Positions 56,927 through 64,000 of a DNA stretch of 64,000 bases are shown piece after piece. Each line of letters begins with the position of its first letter. Position 1 is the first letter of the stretch. A program made the translations under genes and the position numbers. Source of the DNA: a virus (taxonomy: Duplodnaviria; Caudoviricetes); IMG/VR virus record IMGVR_UViG_3300030108_002876, positions 1,510-65,509 of that record, one strand, 5' to 3'. The notes below the pieces were generated by a model. That model saw nothing but the letters and a program-made list of their open reading frames with translations. It had not been told where the DNA came from and did not search any database.

Positions 56927-57283
56927 ATGGATAAAGAAAATTTACAAACAAAGTTAGAAGCGCTAGAAGCTAACGTAAAAGTTAAGCAAAATGAACTAGG
57001 CATTGCTATGTCAGAAGCTCAAATGGCGCGAGAAGAACTAGCTAATGCAGACAAACCTGTGCTATCAGCAGATAAAGCGTCAGATTTAGTAGATCTGTTA
57101 CAAGGTATGTTTCACGATATACTAAATGACGCTGACACTAGCGACCTAAGTCCAGAGTTCAGTATAGACTATGGTAACGAGGTAAGACTCGACTGCATTG
57201 ACATGAGTGCGATCGAAGTACACTCAGGTGATATCGAAGCTGTACTAGAGCAGGTATTCAATATAGTGTCTGACAATAGCTAG
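56927..57283 (+). CDS. early acidic coiled-coil protein
   Basis: 118-aa ORF. Confidence 0.65.
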   Translation: MDKENLQTKLEALEANVKVKQNELGIAMSEAQMAREELANADKPVLSADKASDLVDLLQGMFHDILNDADTSDLSPEFSIDYGNEVRLDCIDMSAIEVHSGDIEAVLEQVFNIVSDNS

Positions 57284-57447
57284 TTAAGCACGACGGTGCA
57301 AGGCGTACAAGCACATGTAAACACAAAGAGCTGTTTACCTAACGTGTAAAATTTACGATAGTGTACGTAACGGGCGAAAGCCACGCATTGGCCGCAGGTG
57401 ACCTAGACGATAGGTGTCAAAGCTTCGGCGCCGGGTCAATGCTTTAC
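57284..57447 (+). ncRNA. putative structured ncRNA
   Basis: ORF-poor and GC-richer; GGC-GAAA-GCC and GC-TTCG-GC tetraloops; helices GCATTGGCC/GGTCAATGC, GCGTACA/TGTACGT, GTAAACA/TGTTTAC. Confidence 0.5.
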
Positions 57448-57448
57448 A

Positions 57449-57547
57449 TAAGAGTAACGGTTGTTATGCTTGCCTATCACAGGTAGCTTGGTGCACCAAG
57501 TGACGAGAAACAGCAAGTTAACGCAGGTTCGATTCCTGCACTCTTAC
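57449..57547 (+). ncRNA. tRNA-like element 2
   Basis: Perfect 7-bp acceptor TAAGAGT/ACTCTTA and T-arm GCAGG-TTCGATT-CCTGC; 67-nt non-canonical middle. Confidence 0.6.
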
Positions 57548-57576
57548 AAACTAAATACGAATACTAATGGATAATA
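57545..57576 (+). promoter_or_regulatory. early promoter-like repeat, copy 6
   Basis: TACAAACTAAATACGA-N8-GGATAATA. Confidence 0.75.
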
Positions 57577-57581
57577 TAAAC

Positions 57582-57770
57582 ATGAAAGACTATATTACAC
57601 AAGAGCTAGCTGCGCTCGATCGAAGCATTGTAGCTACACCACACACCAAAGCAGATCTAGAATCATTTGCTAAAGCAAATCAAGGTAGTAGCGATATACT
57701 ACTTATGCAAATGGCAATGCAATACGGTTATAAACTAGCATTAGAAAACCTAGAAATAGAATTATCATGA
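57582..57770 (+). CDS. early hypothetical protein
   Basis: Start revised to MKDYIT. Confidence 0.6.
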   Translation: MKDYITQELAALDRSIVATPHTKADLESFAKANQGSSDILLMQMAMQYGYKLALENLEIELS

Positions 57771-58003
57771 GACAAACATTGTATGAAAGAATAACACCAG
57801 AGTGCAAAGAAGCTCTAGAATATAACTCTAAGCGCTGGCATGGCGCAACTAACAAAATAGTTAGCGTGCTATCGTCACATAAATTCTGGTCTGATTTAAG
57901 AGTAGGCGACGTAAACTTTATTATACAGTTCGTAGACCTACCATTTGCAAAAATAACTGCCAATACATTTGCGTTCGGCGAAAATATTATCAAAGATGAA
58001 TAA
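57767..58003 (+). CDS. early hypothetical protein
   Basis: 78-aa ATGA-coupled ORF. Confidence 0.6.
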   Translation: MRQTLYERITPECKEALEYNSKRWHGATNKIVSVLSSHKFWSDLRVGDVNFIIQFVDLPFAKITANTFAFGENIIKDE

Positions 58004-58262
58004 GAAAAAAGTACAAGAACAATTACCTAACTGGTTTCACGGTGAGGTGTATGAATTAGGCGACGAAGTTCGTAATCCATTTAGCGGCGAAACAGTATTG
58101 CTAGATGCTGCTGAGCTAAGTATGTATGACTGCGTCAAAGGTGCTGAAATGATTATGCACATGGGCGCAGCTAACATTGATGAGTGTATAGATGTTATTA
58201 ACCAAGGTAAAGACTGGTTTCTTGCTAGAAACCCTCAAGCCTACATGACACTACTTGATTGA
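57969..58262 (+). CDS. early hypothetical protein
   Basis: ORF (true start probably MNKKK) ending NPQAYMTLLD. Confidence 0.6.
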   Translation: MRSAKILSKMNKKKVQEQLPNWFHGEVYELGDEVRNPFSGETVLLDAAELSMYDCVKGAEMIMHMGAANIDECIDVINQGKDWFLARNPQAYMTLLD

Positions 58263-58338
58263 TGATTATACTTAGTATGCTAGTGTCATATATATTTTTA
58301 GAAATATTTATAGAATCAAAACAAAAATTTAAAGAATA

Positions 58339-58752
58339 ATGGCAACAAGAGCAACGATAAGGTTTGCTACACGCGAAGAAGGTGTACCTTTTGACAAACA
58401 CCCACAACAATGGCATGCGCAATTCTACAACCACTATGACGGTTATCCTGAAGGTTTAGGTGTAGAGATCGCGAAGTCATTTACTAACTACAATAAAATC
58501 AACGGCTGGGAAGTTGAAGCACTTGATATAGTTCACGGTGATATAGAATATCTGTATTACGTATGGCAGTGTCATGGTAAATCAGAGCCATGGATTAGTA
58601 TATTTCAAGTAATTGATTGGAGCGTTCCTGAAAATAATAGCGAAGGCAAATGCATCTTCGTAGGTACACCAGATATGTTATTGAAGAAGTATGCGCCTGA
58701 AGAAAGCGATCTTGATAAAATTTCTAAGCATCTTTGCGATAATACAAACTAA
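58339..58752 (+). CDS. early hypothetical protein
   Basis: MATRATI...YNHYDGYPEGLG, a recurrent motif in phage hypothetical proteins. Confidence 0.7.
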   Translation: MATRATIRFATREEGVPFDKHPQQWHAQFYNHYDGYPEGLGVEIAKSFTNYNKINGWEVEALDIVHGDIEYLYYVWQCHGKSEPWISIFQVIDWSVPENNSEGKCIFVGTPDMLLKKYAPEESDLDKISKHLCDNTN

Positions 58753-58774
58753 ATACGAACGATGACGGATAATA
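58743..58774 (+). promoter_or_regulatory. early promoter-like repeat, copy 7
   Basis: TACAAACTAAATACGA-N8-GGATAATA. Confidence 0.75.
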
Positions 58775-58788
58775 ATCTAAACAAATCA

Positions 58789-59076
58789 ATGACTGAAAAA
58801 GAATTAAACAGCTTAGCTAACAAGATCGTAGCTAAAATGATGCATCTTAAAACCATGGAACAGTGGTTTGAGCACATACGTGATACTGATGTAGCTAAAG
58901 ATGCAGACTTCTTCAGTCTACACATAAGCGAAGAGTATGAAGCTATGGGTGATCTAGCTAAGCTTATTACATTGCTTAACTTGTACACTGAAGATGAAGA
59001 ATATGAAAAGTGCGTTATCATAAAACGCCGTATAGAAACTGTAAATAAAATACTAGATAAATATGATGAGACATAA
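58789..59076 (+). CDS. hypothetical protein with UVR-like C-terminal helical hairpin
   Basis: EDEEYEKCVIIKRRI resembles the UvrB/C ClpC-interaction motif; start revised. Confidence 0.55.
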   Translation: MTEKELNSLANKIVAKMMHLKTMEQWFEHIRDTDVAKDADFFSLHISEEYEAMGDLAKLITLLNLYTEDEEYEKCVIIKRRIETVNKILDKYDET

Positions 59077-59908
59077 GCCAATGCTGGCATACCCTGTCAG
59101 CTCTAAACCAATTAACTACTACGAACCTGTATTTATACAACCTAAACTTGACGGCGTCCGCTGCCTTATACAGTGCGACAAAGGCAAGGTAACTGCATGG
59201 TCACGTACAGGTAAGCAATGGCTTAACATCGATCACATCTTGTTTAACCTTGAACCTTTCTTCAAGTTTCACCCGCAAGTTGTACTCGATGGCGAGCTAT
59301 ACAACCATGACTTGAAAAATGACTTTGAGCAAATTATTTCTTGCGTGCGTAAAACTAAACCAACCGATCAACACCGCTTTGATTCAGCTAGACTTGTGCA
59401 GTTTCACTGCTACGATCTAATTGGTAAAGGCATGCACTTACCTTTTGCTAAACGTAACGAGTGGCTACGTGATAACCTTATGACAAACCACTGTGTTAAA
59501 CGTGTACCTACATTTGCCGTAGGCTGTGAAGAGCAAGCTAAAAAATACCACCAAGATCACTTAGAGTGTGGTTACGAAGGCTCAATAGTACGTCTTAACA
59601 CAGAGTATCAAGAAAAGCGCTCGCACAGTTTGCGTAAGTTCAAAGACTTTCACGACACCGAAGCAGAGCTTGTTGGCTGGGTTGAAGGCAAAGGCAAACG
59701 TGTAGGCACGATCGGTAAGTTTCTAGCTCGTGATGCTGATGGCATCGAGTTCGGCATGCCAGTTATGGATAAGTTCAAGTACTTACAAGACAACTTTAAA
59801 GAAATGCAAACATGGGTTGGCAAGACAGCTACGTTCACATACTTCGAGCGTACTAAAGCTGGTAGCTATCGTCACCCGTTGTTTAAATGTATACGCGACT
59901 ACGAATAA
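59063..59908 (+). CDS. ATP-dependent DNA ligase
   Basis: QPKLDGVR adenylation motif, LDGELY, YEGSIVR and C-terminal RHP. Confidence 0.9.
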   Translation: MMRHKPMLAYPVSSKPINYYEPVFIQPKLDGVRCLIQCDKGKVTAWSRTGKQWLNIDHILFNLEPFFKFHPQVVLDGELYNHDLKNDFEQIISCVRKTKPTDQHRFDSARLVQFHCYDLIGKGMHLPFAKRNEWLRDNLMTNHCVKRVPTFAVGCEEQAKKYHQDHLECGYEGSIVRLNTEYQEKRSHSLRKFKDFHDTEAELVGWVEGKGKRVGTIGKFLARDADGIEFGMPVMDKFKYLQDNFKEMQTWVGKTATFTYFERTKAGSYRHPLFKCIRDYE

Positions 59909-59923
59909 ATAAAATATAATAAA

Positions 59924-60133
59924 ATGGGAAACATGAGTTACTGCCGCTTTGAAAACACACTAGCGGATATGCGCGACTGTCTATACGCGCTTCAAAATGG
60001 TTTAGACGCAGAAGAGTTATCAGATTACGAGATCAGCGCGTTACGCAACTTTGCTGATACAGCTAGACAAATAGCTGCATTTGAAAACAACATATATAAT
60101 GTAATTGAAGAGTATGAACAGATTACAGAATAG
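59924..60133 (+). CDS. hypothetical protein
   Basis: 69-aa ORF with MSYCRFENT motif. Confidence 0.65.
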   Translation: MGNMSYCRFENTLADMRDCLYALQNGLDAEELSDYEISALRNFADTARQIAAFENNIYNVIEEYEQITE

Positions 60134-60278
60134 ATTAGATGCTTACGAACGATTAGTTGAATCACAAGAAAAGACTATTAAATTACTTGAAATGCAACTA
60201 CGTAATGAAAAATTAAAGAATAACAACCTAACTAGCCTGTATAAGTCTGGTGACGGTATAAAATCAATAGAGGACTAA
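60114..60278 (+). CDS. small coiled-coil hypothetical protein (54 aa)
   Basis: Translated by hand: MNRLQNRLDAYERLVE... Confidence 0.45.
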   Translation: MNRLQNRLDAYERLVESQEKTIKLLEMQLRNEKLKNNNLTSLYKSGDGIKSIED

Positions 60279-60377
60279 TGAATAAGGATTTAAAGAAACG
60301 TATAAAAGAATTTAATAAAATACCTAATTATGATAATTCTAAAAGAATTATTGTATGTACTTTAAAACCTCAAAGCA

Positions 60378-60419
60378 TGACAATAGCCTCTAATAATACT
60401 AAGTAACAGGCTAATGTCA
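60378..60419. promoter_or_regulatory. operator-like inverted repeat TGACAATAGCCT-N18-AGGCTAATGTCA overlapping a start codon
   Basis: 11/12 palindromic arms; includes the ATG at 60414. Confidence 0.6.
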
Positions 60420-61037
60420 CAGTATGAAAGAAACTTAGAGCTGTTAAATAAAAGGCGTGTAGTGTATCGTAGACTACCTATAACAGATGTACCTGATATA
60501 GAAAACGATATGTACATGTTCTTTGAAAACGGCACGTATCAATGCTACGATCTATTTAAAAGTACAGCAAAGATAACTACGTATAAGTCTCTGAAGTGGC
60601 ATTTGCTTGTTATATGGTATTTAAACCCAGGCATAGATCAAGATGAGTTTATGGATATAGCACTTGATATATCTGCTAAAACAAACGGCTATGTTAGTTT
60701 TAATGTACCACCTAACTTATTGAACAAGATTGTTTATGAAGTTAGTATGCTTGATCTTATAGAGCCGCCGAAGAATAAACTACGTAAAGTTATATTCAAG
60801 TTGCATTGTGGTCTAGCAAAAGATGAAAAGCTACGCATTGTAGGTCAGCTTATTGGTAGATCAAATAAAACGCATCCTGATGACGTTTATCAAGCTATGA
60901 TAGATATACATGACTTAGGCCAAAAGATTACAATTAAACGTATCTCTAACGTCTTACATGTATCATCTCGAACTGTACATAGGTATATGTGCGAAGACTT
61001 GAAACGTGAAAAAGAATTATTAAATAAACAACTATGA
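60414..61037 (+). CDS. DNA-binding protein with C-terminal helix-turn-helix
   Basis: ITIKRISNVLHVSSRTVHRY HTH signature. Confidence 0.7.
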   Translation: MSQYERNLELLNKRRVVYRRLPITDVPDIENDMYMFFENGTYQCYDLFKSTAKITTYKSLKWHLLVIWYLNPGIDQDEFMDIALDISAKTNGYVSFNVPPNLLNKIVYEVSMLDLIEPPKNKLRKVIFKLHCGLAKDEKLRIVGQLIGRSNKTHPDDVYQAMIDIHDLGQKITIKRISNVLHVSSRTVHRYMCEDLKREKELLNKQL

Positions 61038-61792
61038 AATGTTATAATGTACAAAACTACATACGCTATAAAAAAGATATAAAGCAATGGAGTAAACGTG
61101 TAGACTGGTGTAGGCCATGGGACGAGATGACTCGTGATGAGCTTATAGTTAAGTTTATGCCTCTTGCAGAAAACCTAGCGCGTAAGTTTTCAACTACGCA
61201 ACAAGCTAGCGGTGTAATGACTATCAACGATCTTATACAAGAAGGTAATAAAAACTTAGTTATTGCTGCAGATAAAATAGCTTGGGATACTATATATGAA
61301 GCTGAAGACCCAGAGCAAAGGCTTAAATCATTTTTATCAAAGCGAATTAAAGGTGGTATACGTAGGGCTATAGATATAATGCGTGGCACTATGCGTATAC
61401 CAGAACATAAGATTAACGAGATACGTAAAAACGAAGGTAAAGATCGTGATGCAGTAGAAATGTTTTTCAACTCTGTATTTCAAAGTCTTGATGCTATGGT
61501 AGACGATACAACTAATATGTATGACGTACCTGAGCCAGTGCAGACTTACAACCCTGAGCTGTTAGCTTCATATCTTATTAGTCTATTGCAAATACACCTA
61601 GATCCAAGAGAGTTTGATGTAGTAGTATATAGCTACGGTATTAATTGTGATAAGCTATCTGCTAAACAAATTGCAGCTAAACTTGATATTAAAGGCGACA
61701 GTGCTTACGTACGTGTATCACAGTTAAAACGTCAAGCTATTGACAAGCTTGTTGACAATGTAGATTACTCGCAAGTGGTTGACTTTCTGTAA
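61034..61792 (+). CDS. RNA polymerase sigma-70 family factor
   Basis: Region 2 DLIQEGN...RIKGGIRRAI, MRIP, region 4 LDPREFDVV...IAAKL...VRVSQLK. Confidence 0.85.
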   Translation: MKCYNVQNYIRYKKDIKQWSKRVDWCRPWDEMTRDELIVKFMPLAENLARKFSTTQQASGVMTINDLIQEGNKNLVIAADKIAWDTIYEAEDPEQRLKSFLSKRIKGGIRRAIDIMRGTMRIPEHKINEIRKNEGKDRDAVEMFFNSVFQSLDAMVDDTTNMYDVPEPVQTYNPELLASYLISLLQIHLDPREFDVVVYSYGINCDKLSAKQIAAKLDIKGDSAYVRVSQLKRQAIDKLVDNVDYSQVVDFL

Positions 61793-61801
61793 TTTACTCG
61801 T

Positions 61802-61825
61802 GTAAAAACGTAAATAAACGTGTAA
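61802..61825 (+). promoter_or_regulatory. putative phage-sigma promoter, GTAAA-N13-GTGTAA
   Basis: Immediately after the sigma gene and upstream of the recombination/replication operon. Confidence 0.6.
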
Positions 61826-61852
61826 CTATATATATGCAAACCATATACCAAA

Positions 61853-62386
61853 ATGAAAGAATTAAATAACAAACTAGCTCAAGTCCAGACTAAGCTAAAG
61901 GCTAAAAAGTCTAGCTATAATTCGTTTGGCAAATACTATTTTCGTAAAAGCGAAGATATACTAGAAGCGGTAAAACCGTTTCTCCTCGAGCTCGATGTAT
62001 CTGTAGTAATTAAAGAACAGATTATCGCCACAGATCCTGTGCCAATGCTCGAGTCCACAGCAATTTTCTCGGACGGTGAAAACCAGGTAACAGCCACTGC
62101 GGTTGTAGGTGTCGACCTATCTCAAAAAGGTATGCAGACGTCTCAACAGTTTGGTGCTGCAAGTACTTACGGTAAGAAGTACGCGTTAGGTAATCTATTC
62201 TTGATCGATGATACTGAAGACGCAGATGCAACTAACACGCACGGAAAAGCTGATGTAAAACCTAGAATAACTGTCGAGCAGTTTAACAAAGCAAAAGAAT
62301 ATATAACCAATGGAGGAAACGTTAATGCGATTAAAACAAAATACAAGCTTACCTCAAAACAAGAGGAAGAGCTAACTAAGCTATGA
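61853..62386 (+). CDS. ERF-family single-strand annealing protein
   Basis: YNSFGKYYFR..EDIL, QQFGAASTYGKKYAL, DDTEDAD. Confidence 0.85.
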   Translation: MKELNNKLAQVQTKLKAKKSSYNSFGKYYFRKSEDILEAVKPFLLELDVSVVIKEQIIATDPVPMLESTAIFSDGENQVTATAVVGVDLSQKGMQTSQQFGAASTYGKKYALGNLFLIDDTEDADATNTHGKADVKPRITVEQFNKAKEYITNGGNVNAIKTKYKLTSKQEEELTKL

Positions 62387-63117
62387 GTAAAGAAATAATC
62401 GATCGACTGCGTAATGATGAAGATTATTACGGTGACTACGGTAATAAGTTTTTAAGTAACTCGCATATAGGTAAGCTACTTAAAAATCCTATGTCGTTAT
62501 ATGACAAGACACCTAATAACCCTAACTTCTTAGTCGGTGGATATTTCCACACTGCTATATTAGAACCTGATAAAATCAAGTCGTTCAAAGTAATTGAATC
62601 ATCAACTCGAAACACTAAAAAGTATAAAGAAATATCTGGTGGTGAGTTATGCCTGCTACAACACGAAGTAGACGGTATTGAACTGATGGTAGACAAGATG
62701 ATGGCAAACGATATATGCAGAGATCTGATACAGCCAGACAATGGTAGTGTCGTGTATGAAGAACCAGGTATAACAAACTTGTTTGGTAATACTTGGAAAG
62801 GCAAGGCAGATATAATTAATCATAACGAAAAACTCGTTATCGATCTTAAAACTACAGGCGATATTGACAAGTTCAAATGGTCTGCACAAAAGTTTAATTA
62901 CGACAGCCAAGCTTATATATACAGAAACTTATTTGACTATGATATGTTGTTTATAGTTATAGACAAGAACACACATCAAATAGGTCTGTACGACTGTTCA
63001 CCTGATTTTTACAGAACAGGTAGAGACAAAGTAGAAAAAGCCAGTGAAGTATATGATCTGTTTTATAAGACAGAGAACTTCGATCACAGGCAACATTTAA
63101 TAACTAAAACCTTATAA
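62383..63117 (+). CDS. PD-(D/E)xK exonuclease (RecE/DUF3799-like)
   Basis: LSNS, GYFHTAILEP, KGKAD...IDLKTT, YDSQAYIY. Confidence 0.8.
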   Translation: MSKEIIDRLRNDEDYYGDYGNKFLSNSHIGKLLKNPMSLYDKTPNNPNFLVGGYFHTAILEPDKIKSFKVIESSTRNTKKYKEISGGELCLLQHEVDGIELMVDKMMANDICRDLIQPDNGSVVYEEPGITNLFGNTWKGKADIINHNEKLVIDLKTTGDIDKFKWSAQKFNYDSQAYIYRNLFDYDMLFIVIDKNTHQIGLYDCSPDFYRTGRDKVEKASEVYDLFYKTENFDHRQHLITKTL

Positions 63118-63120
63118 ACC

Positions 63121-63291
63121 ATGCCAAGAGCAAAAATGAGAACCTGTGATGTAACAGGTATTACAACAAAAGAGTCTAACTTCTACGCGAAGCAATCGCA
63201 CTTAAAGCCTGTTGACAACCTAAGGCGTAACACAGGCGCTACAAAGGCTCAAATGAGACGTATGTTTAACCAATTAGCTGACATTAAATAA
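63121..63291 (+). CDS. small hypothetical protein (56 aa)
   Basis: Translated by hand: MPRAKMRTCDVTG...; stop overlaps the next ATG. Confidence 0.55.
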   Translation: MPRAKMRTCDVTGITTKESNFYAKQSHLKPVDNLRRNTGATKAQMRRMFNQLADIK

Positions 63292-63605
63292 TGGCAAGTA
63301 TTTTAAAAACAAGTATCAACCTTAGCGAAATACCTAAAGATAAAATCATTAACGGTAAAAAAGGTAAGTATCTACCTATTACAATTACACTTAATGATGA
63401 CTTAGACCAGTTTGGTAATCAAGGTCCTGTCTGTGTAGATCAGACAAAAGAGGAGCGTGATGCTAAGACTGCTAAGACTTACTTAGGTAACGTTAAAGTT
63501 GTATGGACAAACGGCGAAAACGTAGATGCAGCACCACGTGACGCAGCAGCTGCGCCACCGCCACCACCTCAACCACAAGCTGTAGAAGAGGACTTACCAT
63601 TCTAG
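63291..63605 (+). CDS. putative single-stranded DNA-binding protein
   Basis: Short OB-like core, Pro-rich linker and acidic EEDLPF tail. Confidence 0.7.
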   Translation: MASILKTSINLSEIPKDKIINGKKGKYLPITITLNDDLDQFGNQGPVCVDQTKEERDAKTAKTYLGNVKVVWTNGENVDAAPRDAAAAPPPPPQPQAVEEDLPF

Positions 63606-63606
63606 T

Positions 63607-64000
63607 ATGAACGTACAGGAAACAGAGATCAATGGATTTGCTATTGACAAGTTCAATCAGCATGGCCTAGATGTAGGTAAACCACAAGGGACTTGTCCTT
63701 TGTGTTCTGCAGATAGGAAACCTGAAAACCGTAAGGCTAAATGCGCGTCTTACGACTGGGAACGTGGTCTCGGCACCTGTCATAATTGCAATACTAGTTT
63801 TCAACTGCATACTTACAAGCGTAAAGGTAACAGCGAAAAGGTCTATGTTAGACCTGGAGTTGACACCATAATGAAACGTAGTACTAAAGTTGAAGATTGG
63901 TTTGCATCACGAGGCATATCTGCTCGCACCTTATCTGACTTAAAAGTTAGCGAAGGTATGGAGTGGATGCCTCAGACAGGTAAGTCCGAAAATACTATCC
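63607..64000 (+). CDS. N-terminal part of primase-helicase (3' truncated)
   Basis: Translated by hand: CPLC...CHNC zinc-binding domain followed by WFASRGIS. Confidence 0.8.
   Translation, partial: MNVQETEINGFAIDKFNQHGLDVGKPQGTCPLCSADRKPENRKAKCASYDWERGLGTCHNCNTSFQLHTYKRKGNSEKVYVRPGVDTIMKRSTKVEDWFASRGISARTLSDLKVSEGMEWMPQTGKSENTI

Noticed and set aside
54838-57547. Calling the two tRNA-like elements functional tRNAs
   Set aside because: Neither has a canonical 5-bp stem with a 7-nt anticodon loop, so no isotype can be assigned
55487-57581. Identical MDNINMK N-termini on two early ORFs as a second protein tag
   Set aside because: They arise from translating the GGATAATA repeat; the real starts are probably the next ATGs (55502 and 57582)
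54003-58774. The 32-bp repeats as a CRISPR array
   Set aside because: Copies are 400-1200 bp apart with whole ORFs between them, have a variable internal octamer, and no cas genes are present
1-64000. Prophage, integrase or alternative genetic code
   Set aside because: No integrase, repressor module or host genes were recognised, and long ORFs are intact and densely packed under the standard code

Overview
The window is almost the whole genome of an AT-rich tailed dsDNA phage. It is probably a podovirus of marine Bacteroidota (Flavobacteriia). That is inferred from a T9SS-type sorting signal, a crAss-like/Cellulophaga phi38:1-like head-tail gene order and a phage GroEL/GroES pair. The sequence starts in the C-terminus and ends in the N-terminus of what looks like one T7-type primase-helicase, so it reads as a circularly permuted genome of about 65 kb. 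There are two arms. The + strand early/replication arm runs from 54 kb to the end and continues at 1-4.7 kb: small ORFs, ligase, HTH protein, sigma factor, ERF, exonuclease, SSB, primase-helicase, gp42-like pyrimidine hydroxymethylase, MazG-like protein, nuclease and class II RNR. The - strand late arm runs from 53.8 kb to 4.7 kb: GroEL/ES, holin, terminase, portal, scaffold, capsid, tail, a 3344-aa virion protein, an envelope cassette, endolysin and small basic proteins. Strongest unexplained signals: (1) a shared M[AP]FK[ML] N-terminal tag plus S[PA][MLF] motifs on at least 7 unrelated late proteins, a candidate capsid-targeting and processing system; (2) a phage-encoded T9SS cargo, thioredoxin-fold and beta-barrel cassette; (3) two exactly spaced promoter-like motif families, plus a sigma-region-2-like segment inside the giant virion protein; (4) two tRNA-like ncRNAs; (5) a mirror-symmetric G-quadruplex tract next to an operator-like palindrome at the arm junction; (6) a dCMP-type hydroxymethylase signature in a genome with no visible DNA polymerase. 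All product calls come from motif recognition by eye; no database searches were run.
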